Shown here in pieces: positions 18,304 through 28,278 of a stretch of 55,554 nucleotides of DNA. The stretch spans positions 1-55,554 of the forward strand of contig JBEPVF010000011.1 in the NCBI GenBank assembly GCA_041691135.1, in the 5' to 3' direction. The position numbers and the translations under genes were made by a program. Under the pieces are notes generated by a model that saw only the letters and a program-made list of their open reading frames with translations, searched no databases and was not told the origin of the DNA. The stretch comes from Candidatus Peribacteria bacterium. Lineage in GTDB: Bacteria; Patescibacteriota; Gracilibacteria; Peribacterales; Peribacteraceae. How positions within the stretch are numbered: position 1 is the first letter of the stretch; each line of letters begins with the position of its first letter.

Positions 18304-19860
18304 ATGCGTGCGCTTTTCCAACGCCTGCAGGAACGTTCGGTTCTCGTGCCGCTCTTTTTCGTTCTGCTGTTCGCCGTCAGCTGGATCGGGTACAGCGCCT
18401 ATGGCGTCTCGTGGGACGAACCGAATATGACGAATGTGGGCGAGTATGCGTATAACTACGTCTTCTTGGGTCAGCCGTGGGCGACCGAAGCCGCTCAGCG
18501 CTTCTACGGTACGTCCTTTGAGTTGCCGCTTTCCATCGTCCGCCACGTCCTGAATATCACCGACCCACGCAGCATCTTTCTGATGCGGCACTTGCTCACT
18601 TTTTGGCTGTTTATCGTGGGCGTCGCCTTCTTCTATCGACTCGCCTCCCGCCATCTCCACAGCTGGCGTATGGGACTTTTGGGCGCATTTCTGTTGGTCC
18701 TCAGCCCGCGTATCTTTGCCGATGCGTTCTACAACTCCAAAGACATTCCGGCCATGGTCAGCTTCATCATCGCCATGGATACCCTCATGTTCTTTTTGGA
18801 AAAGAAAACATGGCCGCGCACACTTGCACATGCCCTCGCCACGGCGTTCGTCATTAGCATTCGCATCACCGGCATTCTGATACCCGCTTTCACCGTACTC
18901 TTTTTAATCATCCATACCATCCGCGACGCACAGGAACGCAACGATGAGTTTTCGCAGTTCGTACCCGTGGGCTTTGGCTATCTCGTCCTCAGCGTCATCG
19001 CCACCGTCGCGATGTGGCCGTTTATGTGGCAGAACCCGGTCGGCCACTTTATGGAGGCCTATCACTTCATGAGCTCCATCGGCATCGACACCTTTTACAT
19101 GGGCGAGCAGATCCATCATTTGCCCTGGCACTACGTGTTCGTGTGGGTCGGCATCACGACACCCTTGCTCTACACTCTGTTTTTCCTGACGGGGGTCGGC
19201 CGGATGCTGTGGCAGATTGTGCGTCACCCGATCCAGTTTCTGTATCACCATTCAAACGAGACGCTCTTCCTGCTGTGGTTCTTCACGCCAATCGCGGCCG
19301 TCTATGTGGCTGGCGCCGGCATTTTCGACGGCTGGCGGCACCTGTACTTCATCTATCCAGCTTTTCTCTTGATTGCCCTTCAGAGCATCCATGCGTTGTG
19401 GCAATGGCTTCTGAGTCTGGGAAAGACAAAGGCCGCACAGGTTCTCAAGCGCGTGACGGCCGGAATTCTGGCCCTCAACAGCCTGTACCTGATCAGCTGG
19501 ATGATCAGCAACCATCCGATCCAGAACGTATACTTCTCGCTCCCCAAACAGTTCATCGAAGGAAAATTCGAACTCGACTACTGGGGCCTCAGCTTCCGCA
19601 AAGGCATCGAATACGTCTTGGCACACGATGATCGTTCGTCTCTGTTCCTGTCGTACAATTCCAGCCCCGGCTATTCCACCATCAACGTATTAAAGCCTGA
19701 GGACCGGGCTCGCATCAATAACCTACCGGCGGAATCGCCAGACGCCGATTATTTCCTGAGCGACTACCGTTTCCACTACACCAGCGATTACCCCTACGAA
19801 CCATATAAGATTTTTACGGTCGATGGGATCAAGATATTGGGCGTATATAAAATGCGATAG
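18304..19860 (+). CDS. GT-C fold (PMT/ArnT-like) glycosyltransferase
   Basis: YGVSWDE, FYNSKDIP motifs; multiple TM helices. Confidence 0.8.
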   Translation: MRALFQRLQERSVLVPLFFVLLFAVSWIGYSAYGVSWDEPNMTNVGEYAYNYVFLGQPWATEAAQRFYGTSFELPLSIVRHVLNITDPRSIFLMRHLLTFWLFIVGVAFFYRLASRHLHSWRMGLLGAFLLVLSPRIFADAFYNSKDIPAMVSFIIAMDTLMFFLEKKTWPRTLAHALATAFVISIRITGILIPAFTVLFLIIHTIRDAQERNDEFSQFVPVGFGYLVLSVIATVAMWPFMWQNPVGHFMEAYHFMSSIGIDTFYMGEQIHHLPWHYVFVWVGITTPLLYTLFFLTGVGRMLWQIVRHPIQFLYHHSNETLFLLWFFTPIAAVYVAGAGIFDGWRHLYFIYPAFLLIALQSIHALWQWLLSLGKTKAAQVLKRVTAGILALNSLYLISWMISNHPIQNVYFSLPKQFIEGKFELDYWGLSFRKGIEYVLAHDDRSSLFLSYNSSPGYSTINVLKPEDRARINNLPAESPDADYFLSDYRFHYTSDYPYEPYKIFTVDGIKILGVYKMR

Positions 19861-19866
19861 CACGGA

Positions 19867-21108
19867 CTACGCTTGAAGTGCCTGTTTTCTGGTTGTGGGT
19901 TTCCGATGTTTGCAATCAGCCGAATTGATCCATGTAACAAACGCATCGAGATCGCCCAGTTCAAGTACGATAGACCGAAGGTTCTTCTTGTATAAGTGAC
20001 CGTCTTCAAAAGCGACTGACGGAATTTCATAATGGGTGCGGTTCTTCCCTGATATTTGCCTAGGACTCTCAGCCCTTACTTGCCAATGTGTTCCTTTCAC
20101 GCGGTCAAAGGAGATATGTGCATGCTCCATAATTTCTTGGGCTTCATCGATCGGCCACGAGTTTTTATTCCTAGCAAAGAACAATCTCACTATTGTCTCG
20201 GATGCCGACAATCCATCACTCATTTCCTCCACGCCCCCATAGTCTCCATTTGTTTCTGCGTCGCCCATCGAACTATGAAGATGAGCAGACTCCTGCGTAC
20301 CATTATGGCGGTCTTCGGATGAGGACATTTCGCCGTTATTCGTGGATAAACGAGCCCTCTCTATAGGCTCAGAATACATGACAATTATATTGGGTTTCGG
20401 CATAGACACCGACTCATTTGATACCTTGGGAGAGTGACCATTAGCCCGGAGACCAAAGAGAAGTGATCCCACCTGAGAGAATAATAAACTTTTTCGCAGT
20501 TTTTGTATTTCCTCGGGTGGAAGTTTTGCTGCTTCTCGCAGCTGTCTCTGTATCGCCGCAGGGTATTCTCTGACTAGCCGTGCTTGCACGACCCCATCAT
20601 GAACAGTGCCATGTTTCGCCAGAATAGCTTCGATCACTTGTTGCAACTCCACTGGCAAATCTAACGCTCTCAATTCTACAAAAACCTCTTCTCGAGGCAA
20701 CTTTGGATGCGACGACTCTTTGGAAAGAGCTCTCAGGGCTCGCCGATAACTCACAATCAAATGGTAGATGTGGCGTCCTAAAAGCGTACTACGAATTGCG
20801 AGCAACGCATTATTTTGAATATGCATAGCGAGAGCGCCATTCTGTTGTACGTCAGGGAGGGTAAAAAAAGTCACAGCCAGACGCGAAGGGTCATCGCCGT
20901 TTGCCGGCTGATACACCCATCCACTCCGCTCGATAAGAAGTTTGATTTGCTCACGGGCACTGTCAGTAATACCAAGCGCGACTAGCTCATTCTCAAGTGT
21001 CAGCCCCGGCACAACCGGAGAAGGAACAAACGTTTGAACAACGAAATTATGTCTAGCCGGTGTCACAATAATCACATCGTCCGGCCCTCCACTCGCAGGC
21101 ATATGCAT
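19867..21108 (-). CDS. hypothetical protein with C-terminal HicA-like segment
   Basis: Long ORF; TATAAT 6 nt before ATG 21108; FDRVKGTHWQV...IP...LRSIV near the C-terminus. Confidence 0.6.
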   Translation of the reverse strand: MHMPASGGPDDVIIVTPARHNFVVQTFVPSPVVPGLTLENELVALGITDSAREQIKLLIERSGWVYQPANGDDPSRLAVTFFTLPDVQQNGALAMHIQNNALLAIRSTLLGRHIYHLIVSYRRALRALSKESSHPKLPREEVFVELRALDLPVELQQVIEAILAKHGTVHDGVVQARLVREYPAAIQRQLREAAKLPPEEIQKLRKSLLFSQVGSLLFGLRANGHSPKVSNESVSMPKPNIIVMYSEPIERARLSTNNGEMSSSEDRHNGTQESAHLHSSMGDAETNGDYGGVEEMSDGLSASETIVRLFFARNKNSWPIDEAQEIMEHAHISFDRVKGTHWQVRAESPRQISGKNRTHYEIPSVAFEDGHLYKKNLRSIVLELGDLDAFVTWINSADCKHRKPTTRKQALQA

Positions 21109-21199
21109 GGTATAATTATAAAATTGTACGACTAAAAGTACAGAAATTGCTGCGAAAACTCTCAAAAACTGCTTTGAGCGGCTTATTCTTCATACATTT

Positions 21200-22894
21200 T
21201 TACGTCTCTTTCTTCTTTTCCTCGTGATAGACCATATCCAGATTCACATCCCACAGGTTTGATTTGTCAGTTCTGCCTTCGATGATGTTATCCACCGCAA
21301 TCATCGCTGTAAGCATGCTGTGGTCCTGATTATTGTAGCGGTGCATGCCGTTGCGGCCGATGAGGTACAGGTTCGGAATCGTGTTCACGAATTCCTCCAC
21401 CACCTTCAGCTGATCGTAGCTGCCGATGTACGCCGGATACGCTTTGGGCATCCGCAGCACGCACGCATCCAGCACATCTTCGCCTTTGATGAATCCGATC
21501 TTTTCCATCTCGCGTTTGCCGAGTGTAATGAGCTCGTCATCCGGCATCACCCATAGGTCGCCACCTTCGTTGACGAAGTATTCGAGCCCGATCCACATCG
21601 TATTCTTGCGATCGGCCACCATGTACGGGCTCCAGTTATTGAATAGCTGAATGCGCCCCACGCGCACATCGCCTTCTTGAATATAGATCCAATTGTCGGG
21701 CACAAAGGCAGCCGGGGCTTTGCCCTTCTCCTGCACGTGTAGTTTTTTGAGTAGCAACCCAACCGTGAGAAAGTCGCGGTACGACAATCCTTCGGCCACT
21801 TCGGTGACGAGGGACGGCGGATGCGGCGTCATCATGCCAACCAGGTGCTTGATGGGCATCGTGGAGAAGAAGTAATCGCAGGCAATGCGCTCAAGCTCAC
21901 CGGTCACGACGTTCTCCACCGTCACGGCTGTGACTGCGCCATTCTCGGTGTGTACACCCGACACACGGCGACGCATATGCACTTCACCGCCGCATTGTTT
22001 GACCTGCCGGGCAGTCACTTCCCACATCTGTCCCGGCCCGTATTTGGGATAGAAGAAACGCGTGATCAGACTCGTCTCGCGCTCGGCCTGCGCCTTTTGG
22101 AAATCACTGGAGAGCAGATCTTTGATGGCATGCGTCACAGCACGCTTGAGCGACAAGCCTTTGACACGCTGGGCGCCCCAGTCGGCACGAATCTGATTGC
22201 ACGGCACACCCCACACTTTCTCGGTGTAGGCCTCAAAGAACGTGCGATAGAGCCTGTCGCCGAAGCGGTTGCGATAGAACGCATCCAAATACGTTTCGTC
22301 TCTGACGGGGAATATCTGGCGCCGGATATACGACAATCCGATCAGGAATGTATTCCACAGTCCCAGCCGCCGTGCCACCGTGATCGTGATGCCGATGGGG
22401 TATGGGAAGAAGTGTTTGCGGTAAAAAATGCGCGACAACCGTGGCCGCTGCAGCATCACCTCGTCCTCTTTCTCTGGATCCGGTGCCGGTCGGACAACAC
22501 TCACACCTGCCGCCCCTTGGTTTCTGGTCTCTGTTTTCTGGTCTTTATCTTCTATGCATTCCGGACACAAATACTTCTGCACCGCCTCCACCGCATACTG
22601 AATCTCGTGACCTAATTCTTCGGTATCCGCCGACGGCTTGCCCTGCACGGGCAGCATATTGAACCACCACTTCATCACCCGATCGCTCTTGCTGAAGAAG
22701 CGGTGCCCGCCAATATCGATCCGGTTGCCTTTGTAATTGAACGTCTGAGCGATACCGCCGATGGTATTGGTGTACTCGAAGACAATCGGTTTGATGCCGG
22801 TACGGCTGATCAGTTCATAGGCGGCAGTGAGGCCGGCAGGGCCGGCACCTGCAATCACCGCGACTTTGCCGGTATGGGCAGCATGCGTCGACAT
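21200..22894 (-). CDS. NAD(P)/FAD-dependent oxidoreductase (UDP-galactopyranose mutase/HemY-like fold) of glycan loci
   Basis: [43 protein letters not shown]. Confidence 0.88.
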   Translation of the reverse strand: MSTHAAHTGKVAVIAGAGPAGLTAAYELISRTGIKPIVFEYTNTIGGIAQTFNYKGNRIDIGGHRFFSKSDRVMKWWFNMLPVQGKPSADTEELGHEIQYAVEAVQKYLCPECIEDKDQKTETRNQGAAGVSVVRPAPDPEKEDEVMLQRPRLSRIFYRKHFFPYPIGITITVARRLGLWNTFLIGLSYIRRQIFPVRDETYLDAFYRNRFGDRLYRTFFEAYTEKVWGVPCNQIRADWGAQRVKGLSLKRAVTHAIKDLLSSDFQKAQAERETSLITRFFYPKYGPGQMWEVTARQVKQCGGEVHMRRRVSGVHTENGAVTAVTVENVVTGELERIACDYFFSTMPIKHLVGMMTPHPPSLVTEVAEGLSYRDFLTVGLLLKKLHVQEKGKAPAAFVPDNWIYIQEGDVRVGRIQLFNNWSPYMVADRKNTMWIGLEYFVNEGGDLWVMPDDELITLGKREMEKIGFIKGEDVLDACVLRMPKAYPAYIGSYDQLKVVEEFVNTIPNLYLIGRNGMHRYNNQDHSMLTAMIAVDNIIEGRTDKSNLWDVNLDMVYHEEKKKET

Positions 22895-22932
22895 GGGACT
22901 GGACTATAGGGGCGAATCAGCCCCAAGACTAG

Positions 22933-24123
22933 TCATCGGCGGCGCCAGAAAAGCCACGAATGCATCGGCTTCTGCGTCAGCCACAACAAGCCCGTCACAA
23001 GCGCCAGCACATCGGCCACGACGGGAATCAGGAACAGTGAAAAGTCAGGGAAAAATATGCCGCGGTACTGCAGATACAAGTAGACGAACTGGAAGTGTAA
23101 CGAGAAAAGAATGACCGGCAGTAGGCGCTGGTACTTGGCCAACACCGGAATACCGGCCAAGGTGAGCAGCAGCACCGCCGCTTCGAGGTAGAAATGATCC
23201 ATGTGATCGAGCAATGCCGCCAGGATGTAAGCAATGCCAATCGAGAAGGCGATGGCCTGTCCCAACCGACGGTCGCGCCAGAAGGTCGAGAGATACAGCA
23301 ATCCGAAGAGTCCCAAAAACAACAGCAGTGGTGACCCGTGGACCAGATTCCCCGGCCCGGTGAGTGCCGGATCGAGCGGATAGTAGTTGTGGATCGAGAA
23401 GAGCATCTGGAATCCATGCACGACGTTGAGCGGAAACTTCCACCACTGAAACACGTTGGCTTGATCGATCGTCGGATGCACGCCAACGAAGACGCGACCA
23501 ATCTGTAGGTACTCAGCTATGACGTAGATGAGGGGAAATACGAGCGCCAAGCCGAGCTGGCGTGACCCGTTTTTCCACGTCTGCTTGTTCGGATTCCACC
23601 ACAGCAAGAGCGGCAATAGAGCGATGGAAAACGGCTTGATGAGGAACGATATGCCGAGCGGCAGCCACACCCAACCCGATCCTTTGCCGCGCAGTGCAAG
23701 CGTCAGCAATACGCACAGCGTGAAGGATGCGAAGGTGAATCCTCGCAGTGAAATGAAGAAGTAGAATGGCATCATCGCCATGGCATACGTGAATAGCACG
23801 GCTTGAAATTGATCGTTAAGGAACGAACGCGCCGCGAAATATGCGGCTGGAACAAGCGCGATCGCACACAGGACCTGAAACAGAATATTGGCATGCGGAA
23901 AGCCCGTGAGAAGATATAGCGGCACCGCTAAAAACGATGCGCCATGGAAGCCTGGAATCGAGAAGTCGACCCGCCCGTGCGCCAGCGTCTCGATGAACTG
24001 CTGGTATAGCGAATCATCGTCCATTGGCACGATGGTGGAGCGCAGGAAAACAGCCGCCACCGCGAGCGTCAGGACAGTGACGTGAAAGGCTGATGAGAGA
24101 AAAAGGGCGCGAAGGGAGCGCAT
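22933..24123 (-). CDS. polytopic membrane protein, GT-C-like
   Basis: PMDDD acidic first loop, about 10 TM helices, IKP motif. Confidence 0.65.
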   Translation of the reverse strand: MRSLRALFLSSAFHVTVLTLAVAAVFLRSTIVPMDDDSLYQQFIETLAHGRVDFSIPGFHGASFLAVPLYLLTGFPHANILFQVLCAIALVPAAYFAARSFLNDQFQAVLFTYAMAMMPFYFFISLRGFTFASFTLCVLLTLALRGKGSGWVWLPLGISFLIKPFSIALLPLLLWWNPNKQTWKNGSRQLGLALVFPLIYVIAEYLQIGRVFVGVHPTIDQANVFQWWKFPLNVVHGFQMLFSIHNYYPLDPALTGPGNLVHGSPLLLFLGLFGLLYLSTFWRDRRLGQAIAFSIGIAYILAALLDHMDHFYLEAAVLLLTLAGIPVLAKYQRLLPVILFSLHFQFVYLYLQYRGIFFPDFSLFLIPVVADVLALVTGLLWLTQKPMHSWLFWRRR

Positions 24124-24159
24124 GAGCGAAGCATAGCACTAATCCTCGCTTGCGGGCGT

Positions 24160-24497
24160 GCCCTCACCCCAGCCCTCTCCCTCCTTCCCACGCCGCAGGG
24201 AGTTGTGATCGTCTGCTCACTATTGAACATCAGAGACCTGCCGGGAGAGGGAGATGTGTGTTGTGTGTTTTATCCAATGAAGCTCTCTTAACTACTCCCA
24301 GGCGGCTGCAGCCGCCAAACCTCTTCGCATCTTCGCCATTCCAGGGAACAGTCCCTCCGCCTATGTGGTGGGGATAGGTGGTTACGAACTGTGTCACAGC
24401 AAGCCGTTAGGCGCTGTGAGACAGTGAGGTGGGTCATAGGCGGTGCGCTTCTTTTTGGTTCTTTTTCTTGTCGCGGGGAGACAAGAAAAAGAACACC
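24160..24497. repeat. dispersed structured non-coding element (copy B, full length)
   Basis: Colinear with 55138-55511 over its whole length; several stems, one with compensatory changes. Confidence 0.9.
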
Positions 24498-24542
24498 TTG
24501 AGCGATTGGAAAAGTTTGTGCCGGGGAATCACCCGAGCATCC

Positions 24543-24701
24543 GCGGGTAGAAAACCCGCTCCCAATTTTGTCAGTAATCTAATAACAAAAAGACAATCAA
24601 TACCTCAGAACCCGCAGCCGGGGACGGCTGCTGCTACGGATGAGGGTGAAGGGTGAGCATTCGCGGGTCTCCTTCGACTCCGCTCGGGATTACAGACCCG
24701 C
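24543..24701. repeat. cluster of REP-like palindromes
   Basis: Minus strand GGGA-GCGGGT-TTTCT-ACCCGC (24543-24563) and GTAG-CA-GCAGCCG-TCCC-CGGCTGC (24614-24637); GCGGGTCT...AGACCCGC (24663-24701). Confidence 0.65.
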
Positions 24702-24703
24702 TT

Positions 24704-25798
24704 TTACTTTTTGTTCCGAAAGACGAACGTGTGCGAAAAGAAATAATTCACCGGAATCATCACGCCGATTGCGATGACTTTGGACAGGAAGTAATGCAGA
24801 CCGAGGAGCTGTAACCCATCAGAAATGACGCCGTTAAGGAAGATTGCCGGCCCGTAGACCAAGGCAAATTTGAGAATTTGAGCTCCGTAGTTGCGATCGG
24901 TATTGCGGAAGGTGAAGTGCTTGTTGAGGAAGAAGACTGTAATGGAGCCGAACAGACTGGAAACGTACGGCGCAACGTAGGGGCTCACATTCAGCAGGTG
25001 CACCATGATCGGCAACGAACCGAGATCCGCTATGGCACCGATACCGCCACTGACAATGAACTTCAGCGCCTGTTTAACATGCAAATACAACTGCGGCGAA
25101 CGGATACGCAGCACCGAGAAGAACGCCTCGTGGATTTCGTGACTACTAAGATTGGAGATCCCGCGACGACGGTTGACGAAGATCGTCGGGACCTCGCCGA
25201 TTTTGGCACCTTTGCGATGCAGCTGAAATGCCACCTCGGAGAGCACCACATAGCCTTTGGCGTCGATATTATCTATGTCGATCATCTCGAGCGCCTTGCG
25301 CGTGTAAGCACGGAAGCCATTGGTGTAATCGGACATGGGAATGCGTAAAACCAGCCGCGCATACCGATTGGCCCATTTAGAAAAGAAGGTACGTTTCGGT
25401 CCCCATGCGTGAATTTCACTGCCCGGCAAATACCGCGATCCCACCACCATGTCATTGTCTTTGATTTTTTCGAGGAACCTCGTAATCTCCTCGGGTTTAT
25501 GCGAAAAGTCGCTGTCCATCTCGAAGATAATCTCGTAATCGCGCTCCAATGCCCATTTGAATCCAGCGAGCACGGCCGACCCGCGACCACCCTTCCCCTG
25601 ACGCACTATCAAATTCAGTTTCTCCGGATGATGTTCCTGCGCTTTCTTCACCAAATCAGCCGTCCCATCGGGCGACGAATCGTCCACGACCAGCACATCA
25701 ATTGTCGGGTATAACTCAAACAATTTGTCGATCAGTTGCACGATGTTTTCGGCTTCGTTGTAGCACGGGATAACAACGAGCACACGAGAAGCGGCCAT
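24704..25798 (-). CDS. polyprenol-phosphate glycosyltransferase (GT2) fused to GtrA-like domain
   Basis: VIPCYNE, VDDSSPDGT, EMDSDFSH, DYTNGFR; C-terminal FFLNKHFTF GtrA. Confidence 0.9.
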   Translation of the reverse strand: MAASRVLVVIPCYNEAENIVQLIDKLFELYPTIDVLVVDDSSPDGTADLVKKAQEHHPEKLNLIVRQGKGGRGSAVLAGFKWALERDYEIIFEMDSDFSHKPEEITRFLEKIKDNDMVVGSRYLPGSEIHAWGPKRTFFSKWANRYARLVLRIPMSDYTNGFRAYTRKALEMIDIDNIDAKGYVVLSEVAFQLHRKGAKIGEVPTIFVNRRRGISNLSSHEIHEAFFSVLRIRSPQLYLHVKQALKFIVSGGIGAIADLGSLPIMVHLLNVSPYVAPYVSSLFGSITVFFLNKHFTFRNTDRNYGAQILKFALVYGPAIFLNGVISDGLQLLGLHYFLSKVIAIGVMIPVNYFFSHTFVFRNKK

Positions 25799-25871
25799 GG
25801 GCAGGAGCCTACAGGGATCGCTGCAACAGGTCTACTTCCGTTTGGCTGCCGTGCTTGCTAGATTATCCGCC

Positions 25872-26258
25872 ATGGACAGACAATTAATCTCGTCGGGATC
25901 CCCCTTCGAAAAGCCCATCGGCTTCTCGCGGGCGGTGCGGGTGGGAAATACGATTGCCGTCGCTGGAACCGCTCCTATTTCTGCGGACGGGACTACCGCG
26001 TGTATTGGTGATTTGTACGGACAAACCAAGCGCTGCATCGAAATCATACAAGAAGCAATCGAACAGGCCGGTGGAACACTGAACGATATCGTACGCACAA
26101 GAATGATGCTCACAGATATGTCGCAGTGGAAAGAAGCAGCTAAAGCCCATGGCGAGTTCTTTTCGGAGATTCGTCCGGCATGCACGTTTGTAGAGGTCAA
26201 AGGACTCATCAGCAAAGAATGGCTCGTCGAAATGGAGGCAGATTGTGTAGTCATTTAG
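25872..26258 (+). CDS. RidA/YjgF family protein
   Basis: SSGSPFE..IGFSRAVR...VAGT...HGEFF..IRPA.T.VEV..L....LVEMEA. Confidence 0.9.
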   Translation: MDRQLISSGSPFEKPIGFSRAVRVGNTIAVAGTAPISADGTTACIGDLYGQTKRCIEIIQEAIEQAGGTLNDIVRTRMMLTDMSQWKEAAKAHGEFFSEIRPACTFVEVKGLISKEWLVEMEADCVVI

Positions 26259-26262
26259 CTCT

Positions 26263-27189
26263 TTAGCTCTCGCCCTTCCTCCACCACTCAACTGTTTTAA
26301 CCAAACCATCCTCCAACGTTGTCCACGGGAATTTTTGGAGCGCGCTGTGGAGCGGCAACAGCGGAATGCTCAATCTTCCTTCGGGTTTCGATGTATCAAA
26401 AACGATAGGTAAATCCGGCTTCACAGCATTGCGGATATGCGTGGCCAGATCGCGGACCGAAATGACTTCGTGGGACGAGACGAATTGAATACCTTCCGCC
26501 TGAGCCTCGACGAGTGCGAACGTGGCACCGACCAGATCGCGCACATAGAGGAATGCCCGCTGCTGGTTGCCGCTTCCCCACACCGTCAGCTCTTTCTCGG
26601 CTTTATCGGCTTTGACGATCAGTGACGGAATTACGTTGCCCTCGTCCGAAAACGTATCGCGCGGGCCGTAGACACCTACCGGTCGCAGAATGAGCAGCGG
26701 GAAGTTCTGCTGTCGACTGAGAGCCATCCATTGCAATTCGGATGCCAGTTTGCCCATCACGTAGCCATCAATCTTGCCACTCTGAGCCAAATCGATGAAT
26801 GAGATCGGATCGGGAATGTTGGCCGTACTGAAGAATATAACCTTTACATCCGATCGACCGCGAATGGCGTTGGTCAGTGCGAGCGTCATTTGGACATTGC
26901 CAGCCAGTACATCACTGCATCGCTCATGATGGAACTGCACGTTACGGCGGTACGATGCGAGATGGAAAATGATGTCGATCCCTTCGACCAGCGCGCTGCA
27001 GAATTCCGGATCGCGCAGATCGCCGTCCATCCACTCCACCTCGGAGCGGCGCGTGGAGAGACTGCGGTAGTTGCGCGAATGGAGCGGCGCCCGCACATGG
27101 GCACCTTTTTCGAGGAGATCTTCTACAAGGAAACTACCGATGAATCCCGTACCGCCGGTGACGAGAACTTTTTTGCCGGCGTAGTTCAT
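26263..27189 (-). CDS. SDR epimerase/reductase, GDP-fucose-synthase/ColC-like
   Basis: [33 protein letters not shown]...[14 protein letters not shown]; ATGA-coupled to gmd. Confidence 0.75.
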   Translation of the reverse strand: MNYAGKKVLVTGGTGFIGSFLVEDLLEKGAHVRAPLHSRNYRSLSTRRSEVEWMDGDLRDPEFCSALVEGIDIIFHLASYRRNVQFHHERCSDVLAGNVQMTLALTNAIRGRSDVKVIFFSTANIPDPISFIDLAQSGKIDGYVMGKLASELQWMALSRQQNFPLLILRPVGVYGPRDTFSDEGNVIPSLIVKADKAEKELTVWGSGNQQRAFLYVRDLVGATFALVEAQAEGIQFVSSHEVISVRDLATHIRNAVKPDLPIVFDTSKPEGRLSIPLLPLHSALQKFPWTTLEDGLVKTVEWWRKGES

Positions 27190-28229
27190 GATGGGAGAGG
27201 AACTTCGTGCAGAGCAAAATCCGCCTCCATCATCATCTGTGCCAGATCGCGCAACGATGTCTTGGCTTCCCATCCCAGGATTTTCTTCGCCTTGGATGCA
27301 TCGCCGATCAGCAGATCTACTTCGGACGGACGGTAATAGTGCGGATCGATGGCAACAATCGTTTTGCCGGAGCGTGTGTCGATATACATCTCATCTTTGC
27401 CGGAGCCTTTTCGTTCGAACGGAATGCCGGCGATCTCCAAACACAGTTCCAGGAACGCACGTACCGATGCCGTGCTGCCTGTCGCGAGCACGTAATCATC
27501 GGCCTTATCGTGCTGCAACATACGCCACATGCCTTCGACGTACTCAGCGGCAAAACCCCAGTCGCGCTTTGCTTCCAGATTACCCAAATACAAGCACTCC
27601 AATTCTCCAGCCAAGATCTGCGCCAAGCTGAGCGTGATCTTGCGCGTGACAAAGTTCTCGCCACGGCGCGGTGATTCATGATTAAAGAGGATACCGTTGA
27701 CCGCGAACATGTCGTAACTCTCGCGGTAATTGCGCGTGAGGTAGAACGCATACGCCTTGGCACAAGCATACGGGCTGCGCGGATAGAACGGCGTCGTCTC
27801 GCTCTGCGGCGTCTGGACCACTTTGCCGTACAGCTCGCTGGAACTCGCCTGATAGAACCGAGCCGGCAAACCGCTCGCTCGCAGTGCTTCCAACAAACGC
27901 ACCGTCCCCAGCGCCGTGATGTCACCGGTGTATTCCGGCATATCGAAACTGACCGCCACATGACTCTGCGCCGCCAGGTTATAGATCTCGTCCGGCTTTA
28001 CGCTCAGCAGAATGCGCAGGAGCGAACTGCTGTCACCGAGATCGCCATAATGGAGGAAAATCGGATACTGCTGCTGATGAGGATCGCTGACCAGATGTTC
28101 GATACGGCCGCGATTGAACGACGACGATCGTCGGACAATGCCGTGTACTTCGTAGCCTTTTTGGAGCAGCAATTCAGCCAGATACGAACCGTCCTGGCCG
28201 GTGATGCCGGTGATGAGCGCGCGTTTCAT
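27186..28229 (-). CDS. gmd: GDP-mannose 4,6-dehydratase
   Basis: [41 protein letters not shown]. Confidence 0.97.
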   Translation of the reverse strand: MKRALITGITGQDGSYLAELLLQKGYEVHGIVRRSSSFNRGRIEHLVSDPHQQQYPIFLHYGDLGDSSSLLRILLSVKPDEIYNLAAQSHVAVSFDMPEYTGDITALGTVRLLEALRASGLPARFYQASSSELYGKVVQTPQSETTPFYPRSPYACAKAYAFYLTRNYRESYDMFAVNGILFNHESPRRGENFVTRKITLSLAQILAGELECLYLGNLEAKRDWGFAAEYVEGMWRMLQHDKADDYVLATGSTASVRAFLELCLEIAGIPFERKGSGKDEMYIDTRSGKTIVAIDPHYYRPSEVDLLIGDASKAKKILGWEAKTSLRDLAQMMMEADFALHEVPLPS

Positions 28230-28278
28230 GGAAGTGAAGTATAGGACGAGAATGAAGAAGTGAACATGCTCCTACTTC

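Noticed and set aside
24150-24656. Paralogous ORFs 24150-24377 and 55090-55407
   Set aside because: Their similarity comes from the nucleotide repeat; starts and stops differ between copies and substitutions follow base-pairing, not codons.
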